A stretch of 64,000 bases of DNA, from the NCBI RefSeq assembly GCF_000143415.4, contig NW_003314366.1, positions 1 to 64,000 of the forward strand, written 5' to 3'. Made by a program: the position numbers and the translations under genes. The notes below the pieces were generated by a model, which saw only the letters and a list, made by a program, of their open reading frames with translations, was not told the DNA's origin and ran no database searches. This DNA comes from Selaginella moellendorffii (Eukaryota; Plantae; Lycopodiophyta). Shown one piece after another: positions 38,037 through 49,404 of this stretch; the stretch's first letter is position 1, and each line of letters starts with the position of its first letter.

Positions 38037-39135
38037 CTCCATCTCAGACTCCATCTCAGACTTCATCTCAAGTCCATCTCATTTCGAGTCTATCTCGAAC
38101 TCCTTCTCGGACACTTTCATATGTCATGTGTTGGTCCTCTTGTGTCCCTTTTCTAGAGACTCACTTATTGCTCATTTCATGCTTGTTCCTCAAGCACTTC
38201 GTTGGGAGTTCCACTCCCACTCTCAACCTTTCAAGTTGGAGCTTTTAGTTCAAACATGTTACACTTATTTGGCTCTCGCTTTAACCACTACCATATGGCA
38301 CCCTTTTGGCTCCACTTTGGGGCTTAGGGATTTGTGTCTCACAACTCCACCACCTATAGATGAAGTTCGATGTCTTCATTGAACGATAAATTATTTTATA
38401 AAGTAATACTAACATGTATTACCCTTTCCATCCTTGGCACCTAGCCAATATTTGTCAATAGTTTGACACCGAAGGCTCATTATGTGTTGTCCATCCTCTA
38501 AGAAGCATGGTCTCTTTAACATAAAGACTCGATCGACCACCTGTGGTGGTTCTCTCCCTTTCATTGGTTTAGTTCTCGCTAAACTTGTTTGAGACTCTTC
38601 CTCTATCTCAATCCCACTACTTATTCTCGAGTAGTCTCAACTTCTATTGATATAACCATTCCACTTTGGAACTTTTGACAAAAATTCAACGGTCAAAAGG
38701 GAAACTTTGTTACATCCGTGGATGTAATTTAATATGCCAACTATAAGAGCAAGAAATCTAAAAGATATCAATCAAATGAAGTACTTACATGGCTGCTTGT
38801 AAATAATCAAACAGAAGAGAAGGAAATGTTTTAAGAGAGACACCTAAGCTCAGGCTAAATACATATATATGGATTTACTATATATGACTATACATGAATT
38901 TAAAATAACTGAAATAATAATAATTATGACTTTTTAAACTAAATTTCTTAAATAAACTTAAATATGGATTGTTGTGCACTCAACATCAACACATTATCTA
39001 TGCCGTTTCCCTTACTGTCACCAATAGAGAATCCAGTCACCTACCAAAGGAAAACCAGAATCATAAGACTCTCTTGGTATCAAAGTCTAGCTGAATCGCA
39101 CCTGGAAAGCCTCCTTTACCACTAAATACTGGTGA

Positions 39136-41793
39136 TCACATCTCTCTCGTACACTTTTTGGTATGCCTTACAGCTGCAATCTGCTCGATCATACCAAAAT
39201 TGGAGCCGATAATAACACTCGAGGCGTATATATCCATCGGATTAGACTTTTGATATGAGAGAGCTGATGAATTGTCCTTGTCCGAGAAAAATACGTATCC
39301 AAAGTTCGTTCGAGCATACTCTACAAAAAACATAAATTAAAAATAAACAAAAAATGTATAACGTATGGACTTACTTTCATCGCCAGGCTGCTCATTGTCC
39401 TTGATAGCAATCAGTCTTCGGACGTCACTCTTAACATTTCGAACGACTTCCGACCAATCCGCAATGGCTGGCTTAAGGGGGTCTCCAGAGCACTTGCTTT
39501 GGATGTACAAAAGAAATGGCTCCAAATCAATGCCTTTTACTTCCTCGAGTATCAGGAAGGTATCAGCCCCGCTGTTCCGAGGTCCACACATGGCCCAAGT
39601 CCCTGACCTTTGAACCTCCTCCTTTGAGCCTGGACTACTGTGTTTGATCCGAAACCAAAAAACTAAAAACAAGAACATACCTGGACTCAGTTGCTTGATT
39701 GAAACTGGAAAAGTGGGGAACCTGAACTTTCGGTTCTTCAGATTGTCAGGGATGTACCAATCGCAAGGCAACACGTCCGCCAGCATGAAGGTGTCTGAAC
39801 CCCCCGATAGTAACTGCAAATAACATGTTAGTAACCGAGACTATGAAAGACTATGAACGTAGAATTCACATACCTTATGAATGTAGATGCTGAAGATCAG
39901 AGACACCAAATCGTTGTCTTCCTTCTGCTTCCAATCATCCGTTGACATTGTTGTCAAATCAAAAGTTGTAGAGCCAAAAAGGTCCTCCCGCTGGAGTGTT
40001 AGCTTATGCAGTAACACAGGTGAAAACTCCACCAGAGCCTTTTCTTCGTCAAGAACCACAGCCACTACTCCACAACTCTCCAGAGCTTCCCATGTCAAAA
40101 CATTCTCTCTTGGAAAGGCCTGCAGCAGAACCGGTCCATTCCTTGAGACATGCTCACGAAGCATCGATGCTTGAATTGCTCGTAAGAAATAAGAAAATCT
40201 CTCATCCCCGGCAAAGCCATTGTAATACTCGAATCTTCTGCATAGGCTCCACACACGATCCAGAATCCGCCTTACTTTGTCTCTCAGGAAGGGCTCCTGA
40301 ATTCTCAGCGCAAGGTTGTCAATGTCAAGGGCCATGTCTGGGTCATCTGAAGCCAAAGCCTGAACCATGAAGGTAATCAACCTCGGATTCCCTCCGCTCA
40401 GCTTGCACAACAGCTGCATGCCATCATTTAAAGCGTGAAGTTCTTCACGGTTTGAAGTCCTCAGCACCTTGTTAAAGACTTGCAACACCAGCTTCTCCCG
40501 ATCGCTGCTGCTGAGAGGGTTGACAGGAATATAAATCACTTCAGATGATCCAGTGTCACCGCTCTCTCTCAAAGATGCCGCTGTGAAAAGGTTGGTCGCT
40601 CCGAGCATAGTGACAAACGTTTTGCCACCCACGTTGCTGTACTTCCAAACTATGAACTCCCGAAACACTTTCTGAACAAGGACGTTGTTCCTCCCAATCT
40701 CATCAAAGAAGAACGACAGGAAAATGTTTTGGTCTCCGAGCTCGCAGACTTCTCGCAACAAAGCTATCACGTCATCAAACAGGAGGAACTTCTTCAAATC
40801 AGGTGCTTTGGCATCAACAACAGCGACAAGCTCTTGGTAAAAAAAACACGTCCAAGTCCCAGTATCTTTTCTGATGTTATCTTGGCCATCTGCTCTAGAA
40901 ACAGCTGCATGCAAAGTCCTCAGGGCCAAAACCTGAGCATCACCCAGCCCGGCCTCGCCAATGAAAGTTGAAATAAAATCATGGTACATGACCACGTCGA
41001 GATGTTCAACGGTGCTCATCATGGCATCCCACGGTCGCACCTCATCGATTGATGTATCGAAAAGCGAGGCAAGTTGTTGAATCCTTAGCCCTGGATCACT
41101 CTGTTGCCTTCTCATCTCAATGAGTATTTGTGGGAGTGCCTTGCCAAATGATGTTTTTCCCGCACCCGGGAATCCAACCACACCCATTATATGGTGGAGG
41201 CGCCTAAACACATCCCAGTCTGTGTGTTGATTGCTCATGAATTGCTTGTACAACAGCCAGTTACCCCTGAGCAATGCATCCACAGTCTTCTCTCGTCCAA
41301 CAATGGGAAACTGCTGCCCGATGTCCTTCAGAGACAAGCCAGTTGGCAAAGAAGATAATGAATCCCTTTCAAGGCATTTTCTGTACATGCGGGCATGCTT
41401 AAGACGAGGTCCAAAGAGCTCCTTCAGCTTGGCAATCCGATCACGGGCGTTTGACCAATCAACTCCACTAAAGGGAATGAGCTGCTGACGGAGCTGCTTC
41501 TCCTCATCACGGAGCTGCTTCTTCTCATCACGGAGCTGCTTCTCCTTCTCCATCCAGTGCTTCTGAAGCTCACCCTGCGTGGAATCCACCTTCTGGTCAG
41601 CGCGCTCCACCTTCTGCTCAACCAGCTCAATCGCTTGTTGCACGGCCCTGATCTCCGATTCCACTTCCTCAATCTGCTGCTGAATCGATCGCTCAGGCCC
41701 ATCCGCCCTTTGCCGCTTCCCAGCCCTGATAGCTGATTCCAATTCTTCCCCATCCGCCCTTGGCGGCTTCCCATGAGACTGCTCTCGCACCAT
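39136..41793 (-). CDS. Mirror copy of the NTPase/nuclease gene
   Basis: Translations identical to those of 32391..35048. Confidence 0.75.
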
Positions 41794-42028
41794 GGCGGAA
41801 CCCTAACCTAGGTACTCTGTTTTTTAGGGTTCTAGCCGTAGAATGGGACATTGTGCGAGGCGAGCTTCGACTGCATTCGATGTGAGGTTGATAGAAAACA
41901 CCTGAAACTGGCATTGAGGTATGTTCAGCTGAATCTGTGAAATGGTGTAGACTTTACTGAGTTTACCTGCATTCGGGCAGGTAAACTGGAGTAGGTTCAC
42001 GTAGAAAAGAACTAATGTTGACTACTCA

Positions 42029-42666
42029 TTCAGAGCGGCTGTGAGTATATGGCAGGACAGCTTCAGGCTTATGGCCATCTCGGACTCTCCTCAGAGAGCT
42101 GATCTTTGGCTGATCAACACGTAAGTTCAGTATCAGAAGGAAGAATCTTAAGCTGGATCAACTTGTTGCTGCTGTCTTATTCGCAGGTGTACTCTGAAAG
42201 CTCCGACAATGGAAACACTGATATGTAAAGGCAAAGCGGCCTCTATTCCCTTGGTGGATAGCTGGATGCGTTCCTCAGGGTTTAAAAGATCTCGAAGCCA
42301 TCAGCGTCATCGGAGTGCAGCAAATACAGCAGGGGAGACTTTGAAAGGCCACGAGGCCTGGCTGCTTCAACGGGATGCTTTACCGTCTCTTGATTTGCCA
42401 AAAGTTTATAATCTCTTTTGCTGTTGTGTTTTCAGGTTCGTAAGAACAAGTTTGTCGAGATCATTCCTATCAACGTTGGCTGCTTGGGTGCTTGCACATA
42501 CTGCAAGATGAAGCATGCTCGCGGGCATCTTGGCAGCTACACAGTAGATGCACTAGTAAGGACCTTCGCCAGTTTCTTTTCTCTGTTACTGAGCTTTATC
42601 TACAGGTGCAAAGATTGAAAACTGTGGTGTCTGAAGGTGTGAAGGAGATATGGCGACACTGGAGCT
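42029..42666 (+). pseudogene. CDKAL1: CDKAL1/MtaB radical-SAM tRNA methylthiotransferase 5' fragment, interrupted by Copia
   Basis: EYMAGQLQAYG; LPSLDLPK|[34 protein letters not shown]; SEGVKEIW; short introns; damaged splice site and deletion. Confidence 0.82.
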
Positions 42667-45252
42667 TGTTACATGACACACCTCGCCACATGTCCATTAG
42701 GGTTTTCCTGTTCTGTCTGCTACTCATGGTATCAGAGCTGGAATAGCACTATGGAAGGAAAGCCATTCATCCGCAAGTTTGATGGAGAAGGGTTTGAGGG
42801 ATTCAAGATCCATCTTGAATCCTATCTCTTGTTTCATGGTTTGTTGGGGATTGTAGATGGGACAGAGTCATCACCGGCTCTAGGCTTTAGCGCTGCCGAG
42901 GTGCGTGATTGGAACCTTCGGGATTCCAAGGCTAGAGGGAGTATTGTGATGTGCTTGTCCTCGAATGTTCTCTTTGCTGCCCCATCGATTCCAAAGTCCA
43001 CTACGGTAGAGCTTTGGAAGTGGCTGAGTGACACCTATGGCACCAAGAGTGAAATGGATGTCTTCAACATCCATTCACAAATGGATTCCTTGAGGCTAGA
43101 GGAAAATGGCAGTATCCAGACTCACACTGCCGAACTCCAAGGCTTCTTCACACAACTTGTGGCTGCTGGGGTGAAACACTATCTCACAGATGAGTAGTAG
43201 AGGCTGCAGCTCTACAGGTCCTTGCCAGCTAGCTGGAAGAATACAGTTGAGAGCCTGCTTCTCCAACCAGGGATGACTTGGGCAAATGCCATGAGGAGTC
43301 TTCACAACATTGAGGCCATGCGAAGCAAGAGAGCTGAAATGCCGCAGGTTATGTATGCTTCGCAGGCTTCTGGTGATGCCAAGGTGGCAAAACTGCATGC
43401 AGCTGCAAATGCCCAGAAAGGGTAAAATTCCATGGCATCTAGGCGTGCCAAGCCCAGACTTGCTAAGAATCAGTGTGCTCGCTGCTTGGAGATGGGCCAC
43501 TGGGCTTGAGATTGCCTTGCTCCCAAGCCTGTCAAGCGACTAGCTACGCCGGCAAAAGCCAATCTACTCGAGCATGATGGAATTGCTACAGCAAATGAGG
43601 CTGCTGAGGAGCTCTACAACGCAGAGGCAATTGCAGCACCAAGCCGGTGGCTCTTAGACTTTGGTTGTATTAATCTTATGAGCAATAAGAAGAGTCTTTT
43701 TGAGTGTTATCAGCCAAGTATTGGAAAACATGGTGTTCATTTAGGTGACAATACCATTATCCCGTAGAAGGCATTGGGCAATTTTGGCTCTCACTTGATC
43801 ATGGGAGGACCATGGCCTTTGATGGTGCCATGCGCGTTTCCACTTTGCGACGAAACTTAATGTCTGTCGCCAAGATATATGATCAAAATGTAGTGGTAAT
43901 CTTTGATGCAAAGGGAGTCTCTTTGGTTGACTCTAGCAACTTTTATATGCTTGGGACACAATTGCTTTGTGGGTCATGCATTGGGGACTTGTATGAGATT
44001 ATTGCTGCTGACCCGGTTCAAGCCTTTCAGACTGTGGAGGTAGATTCTTGTGCGGAGCTTTGGCATAAAAGACTTGGTCATGTTCATTACCAATCTCTTC
44101 AACGGATGAAATCCCAAGATATTGTTACTGGATTGGATTTCCGACGTATCCCATCTACATTTTGTGAAGCTTGCATTTTAGGCAAGCATCACCATCAGAA
44201 TTTCTCGCCGAGTAAGCATCGAGCACTTAACTTCTGGACTTGGTCCATTCTGATCTTTGCGGCCCCATGGACGTGCCAAGTCACAATGGGGCAAGATATT
44301 TCATCACATTTATTGATGACTATAGCCGTCGAACATGCATCCACTTCTTGATGCGTAAAAGTGATGCAGTTGTTGCCTTTCAAACGTACAAGGCCTATGT
44401 TGAAAACCTCCTTGGTCGAAAGATAAAATCTCTTCAAGTTGATGGTGGTGGTGAATACCTCAACAATGATCTTCGGGGCATCTGTCATGATGTAAGCATA
44501 CAACTGCAAGCCACAGCCCGCTACACCCCCCAGCAAAATGGTGTTGTAGAAAGGAAGAATCGCACTCTTGTTAATGCTGCTCACACTTTGTTAGCTGATG
44601 CACATCTTGACAAGATGTTTTGGCAAGAGGCTATAGCCACAGCAATGCATGTACAAAATTGCCTTGCCACGGCTGCTTTGGATGGAAAAACCCTTGAGGC
44701 ATTTTGGACAGGTTCTACTCCTAATGTGTCCCACTTTCAAGTCTTCAGTTGTGCAGCATATTCACATACCCCTGATCAACTCCGGAAAAAGCTAAATCCC
44801 AAAAGTAAAAAATTCATCTGGATATGCACAGGACGACACCATCGGGAGAAAAACTTACAAATTATGGGATCTTGCATCTCACAAGGCTCTTGTAAGCACA
44901 GATGTCATGTTCAATGAAGACGACTTTCCCATGCGTACAAAGGCTCTTCAAGATCCTTCTTTCATTGCTGAGACTCGACTTGTTCCTTTGATCCACTTAT
45001 GGGAAATGGTCCACTCTTGCCTCTGCCTCAAGATCCTTCTTTCATTGCTGAGACTTGACTTGTTCCTTTGATCCACTTATGGGAGATGGTCCACTCTTGC
45101 CTCCACCTCAAGATCCTATTCATGAGTTGCCACCAGAGATTCCACTAGGGAATCCTCCACTTCTAGACATGCTTGAACTAGCTGATGCTCCTCCAGTCGA
45201 GGACAGGCCTCCAACACCTCCACCACCTTGTTGACGTCATGGCATGCCTGAT
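42667..45252 (+). mobile_element. Mirror copy of the Copia element (5' half)
   Basis: 60-bp TG..CA LTR remnant (42667-42726), PBS TGGTATCAGAGC, gag and integrase fragments. Confidence 0.9.
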
Positions 45253-45352
45253 NNNNNNNNNNNNNNNNNNNNNNNNNNNNNNNNNNNNNNNNNNNNNNNN
45301 NNNNNNNNNNNNNNNNNNNNNNNNNNNNNNNNNNNNNNNNNNNNNNNNNNNN

Positions 45353-46176
45353 GGAGCTACGCCCGACTCCCTGCGGGGATGTCGAATCCGTAGACGTATT
45401 CTACGGAGGTTGGGTTCAAGTCCCAACCCCCTAGTAAAGCAAGGCTGGGTTCAAGTCCTGACCCCATTCTAGGGCGTGGTGAGGTGAGGAGTATAGGGAC
45501 ACCTATATTCCGTTGTCATGAGCTCTTGGCCGGGGAGGCTAACTTAGGCACATCGCTAAGTGGGGGGATGCCCCCGAAGACATGGTCAACAAGTCGTAGG
45601 ATAAAAAAGAGACGTTCGATGTGGGCATCAAACTTCTTCTATGGGTGGTGGAGTTGTAAGGAACCAACTCGCCGAGGTGTCGTAGGCTAAAGGAACCCCG
45701 AAAACATGACCAAAATGACAAAGAGTTCATCGGATGGGACCAAGTCAAAGATCGAGTCCAAGACCGACTCTAGGACCGAGTTCGAGATAGAGTCCGAAAT
45801 CGAGTCCGAGACCGACTCGGGGACCGAGTTCGAGTCCGAGTTCGAGACCGAGTTTGAGACGGAGTCCGAGATCCGAAATCGGGTCCGAGACCAAGTCCGA
45901 GGTCGAGTCCGAAGTCGGGTCCGAGATCGGGTCTGAGATCGAGTCCGAGATCGAGTCCGAGACCAGCGAGCAAGTACGTGGGGGAGTCAAGCGAAAAGAA
46001 ACAAACCCATGGATAAGAAGGTGAAGTCGTTTAGCAGCATGGGAAACAACATATGCTACAACTGCGGTGAAGCGGGACACTTTTCGAGGGAATGTCCCTA
46101 CCCAAAGAAGGCCAGAGCCAATATGGCCATTAAGTCGGGTGAAGTCCAAATTGAGGTATGTGATCCAGTCCCTAGC
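45353..46176 (+). mobile_element. Gypsy family A fragments (3' UTR, PPT, LTR start; gag zinc knuckle)
   Basis: 45353-45960 is the reverse complement of about 23800-24438; 45961-46176 encodes CYNCGEAGHFSREC. Confidence 0.85.
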
Positions 46177-46605
46177 AAGCTCTATTTCGTTAAAGTGGGA
46201 ATTGTCATTATCCCACTTGTAAAATAAGGTTTCCAAACCTTTATATAGTATATAAATATAACAAAATTCAACTGCATTGAGGCACATGCCATTTTATTTT
46301 AAACAAGGAAATGTCTACTTAATCACTTCTCCTCCCCCTGCCACTGCTTCACCTCTCTCTTCTCCTTGTCATCGTCGTCCAATTTCTTTCCATCCTTTTA
46401 ATATTGGCTCAGTTGCTCCGAGTCTAGGTGGAGCCCAAGTCCCCATTCAATCTTTACTTTCCCCTTATTAATAAAACAACTTCGTAGACTTCCAATAACA
46501 TGCTGTAAATGCAAATCCTCTCAAAGAATTGTCTTTTAATATTAATACAATGGCATGGAACCCCATGCCATAATAAGTTACATTTTTAAATAAATACATG
46601 CCATC

Positions 46606-47490
46606 TCAGACTGTTATTTTTTGCCTCCAACGCCTATACAATAACCTTGGAATTTCATCACTCTCCACACTATCAGGAATTAAGCCCAATAGTAATGCCA
46701 TCTCTTCTCTAATACGTCCACGCTCATGTTCAGTGGTCGAAGAACCCATCCGGTTGAGCAGATTATGGAGATGTGGATAGTGCTTGGCTAGACAATATAC
46801 ATGCCATAAATGATGACTGGTGTCTGTCCGATCAAATGGCTTCTGATATACCGTTCCATCTGCCATTTGGTTGATTTCTGCAGCCACCTCCTGGACTGGC
46901 CGGTTCTCTATCACCATCGCTTCAAGCCGTTTTGCAAGGTCCCCCAGAACATACGGTTTCTTCTCCCTAGTTTCCATACTGCAAGAGATGGGGTGCACTG
47001 CATATGTGTGCGTGTTCGCTGCAGTTTTAATCGGCGAGTCATCGATGATGAGGATTTCACTTGACCTAGCAGTCCGGTTCATCACTACAGCCTCTGCCTT
47101 GACGAAGATGGGCTTGCTACCCCTCACATGGACCATAGTCAAGCAATCCTCCTGCGTTAGGAGAAAGTCAAATGGTAATATTACTCGCGTCTGATCGTGC
47201 ATCATCTGTAGCAACGTTAATGCATTGTGGCGCATCATGGATGTCCAAACTCCCAATTGCAATTTGAACCCGGCCCTCTGTTTTAAGTGTCGCATGGTCA
47301 TTATTAGATCCCGCAGTTTCTCCCGTGTGATTAATGTGAATCTGTCTCTTTTGACCAACTTGCGACCGCAGGCTTTGGAGGGTGGAGTGACATTCGAGGA
47401 CGAGCCACGCTCATGGGAGAAAAGGACACCGTTCAGATCAAAAACGATACAGTACTTTCGCCGTGACTCTGAAATGAAATGCGTCAGCAT
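46606..47490 (-). CDS. FCP1/NIF-type HAD phosphatase domain
   Basis: IVFDLNGVLF (motif I), GVWTSM (II), FVK (III), ILIIDDSPIK (IV). Confidence 0.8.
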   Translation of the reverse strand: MLTHFISESRRKYCIVFDLNGVLFSHERGSSSNVTPPSKACGRKLVKRDRFTLITREKLRDLIMTMRHLKQRAGFKLQLGVWTSMMRHNALTLLQMMHDQTRVILPFDFLLTQEDCLTMVHVRGSKPIFVKAEAVVMNRTARSSEILIIDDSPIKTAANTHTYAVHPISCSMETREKKPYVLGDLAKRLEAMVIENRPVQEVAAEINQMADGTVYQKPFDRTDTSHHLWHVYCLAKHYPHLHNLLNRMGSSTTEHERGRIREEMALLLGLIPDSVESDEIPRLLYRRWRQKITV

Positions 47491-49372
47491 AAAAAATGGT
47501 ACAAGTCAATTTTACCATCTACAATATTAGCGAATGGTGCTCCCGATGGTCGTTGAGAGGGTTTTGGTCGAGGAAACGTGAAGGGCGGAAATACTCTCCT
47601 CTGCAATGTGGGGTCAATCGCATCCGATGGCGTGTGGGCACATGCCATTTCAGCTGTAGACTCTGGTACAACTGGCTCAACAGTGGCATGGGGTGGTTCC
47701 GATGGCATGTGATCACACGCCATTTCAACTGGTGCCTCCGTTGGCAAAGTGGACATGACCGAACAGGCAGCAGGGGTGGTGTAGGGAGGTTCCAACGGCG
47801 CGTAGTCAGACGATTGGGCACACGTTGAGTCCGTTGGAAATGAGGATACGACCGGCTCGGCGGCTGGGGCGGCCTCATGCGGGTCCAATGGCGCCTGGTC
47901 ACCGTCAGTTGGATACGTGGACAAGATTGACTCAGTGGTATGGGCAGCATCAAGTGGAGCGTGGTCAGCTTGCTTGGCGTTGATATGGATAGTAGCCTCC
48001 ACCAGCTCTGATGACTCTTGCAGGCAAGTAGAGTCCACTAGCGGATCCATATGCATGTCCAAATATCTCCCTTTGATTGAGATGGTATCCTCCCGTGCTA
48101 CTAAAAACAAACTCATTAGCACATTGAATCGACTATACTGTATTTACCATCAACTGCTATTGAGGAACTAGGACCGATATCACTTGGGCGCACTGCTGAT
48201 TCTGAAGGATTGGACATACGTTTCGACCCTTGCTTGGCATTATCCTTCCTCGACACTAAAGGCTAGAGTTTGTATCTTAATTCAACTGAATAATCTCTAC
48301 TTACCATTTCTTCTGCGACCTACATGGACAATGTTAGAAATGGTAAAAGGTTAGGAATGGATGTACTATTATTTACCTGATGGTTTGTCTTGTATGACCT
48401 TCCTCCGCTGCTCTTTGGCCACCTCAGGCTGGCCATCGTCGTCATCATCGTCATCGTCGTTATTGTGATCGTCACCATTGTGAGGACCATCCAAGTCCTC
48501 TTCGTCCTCCTCTTCTTCGTCCTCCTCTTCTTTGTCCTCCTCTTCGTCCTTCTGCTCTTCCTGCTCATTATCTTTCTCTGGCTCCTCATCCCCCTCCTGC
48601 ATTTCTTCCATAGGCTGCTCAGGCTGGATGGCTTGTTTTTCCAGGACCATCTTGGGAAAATCATCTAGCCGAGTCTCCATCTCAAAATACAAGACATCCA
48701 TAGCCTGTTTTAGTGCTTGACCTAGGACCGTATCCTCACGCGACTGTCTTAACATGGTTTCTGCACGTTCTTGCACCCTTTGAAGACGACGAGATGAGAA
48801 AAACGTGGCCCTGACTTGAAAAGCATCCCTCATCCATTGTACCTCTCCATTGAGATTGGGGAAGGGGAGTCCGCCATAGGAATCTGAGTCAGAAGGTGGT
48901 GACTGGCTCCTTTCACTCAGCCCTTGATCTGCAATGAATGGCATGAGCACACACGCCATAACCGCGAGGCATTACCTATCATCTTTTCGTTGCCCTTCTT
49001 CCTTTTCGAATCTAACGCCTCTGATCCCGACGACTGTCCAACGTGCTTTCGCTTTTTATGACCACTGTCAGTTTGAGCTTGGCTGGTGCTTGCCTGTTTT
49101 GCCTTTGAAGAAGTGTCTCCTGCAAGGAATGGCATGAGACCACACGCCATTGCAAATATAATTTGTACCTCCTTTTTTCCTATTGGTTGTCTGTTTGTCC
49201 TTCTTCGACGCGCCACCAGTGCGCTTTTCAGTCCTCGTGTCTGAATATTCACAACGATCTATAATCAAAATGGCGTGAGGCCTCACGTGACCTTACCTTG
49301 TGCAGGTTGTGAGCTCGGCCTAACATCAGTAGCTGTTAACGCCGTTTCAGCATCTGGGGGTGGCCACGCTCC
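47484..49372 (-). CDS. Low-complexity and acidic exons probably linking the ParB-like and phosphatase parts
   Basis: ORFs 47484..48122 (Pro/Ala-rich) and 48369..48959 (poly-D/E); GT..AG introns at about 48929-48976, 49120-49168, 49259-49296 and 49373-49421. Confidence 0.5.
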
Positions 49373-49404
49373 TGCATACAGAGCTTGTGAGATAACATTT
49401 AAAC

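Larger units (their letters stand above)
28932..45252. repeat. Giant inverted duplication: arms 28932-36460 and 37420-45252, about 960-bp spacer
   Basis: Mirrored ORF coordinates sum to 74184 (outer part) and 73892 (inner part, after a 292-bp indel at about 38010-38302); few SNPs. Confidence 0.95.
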
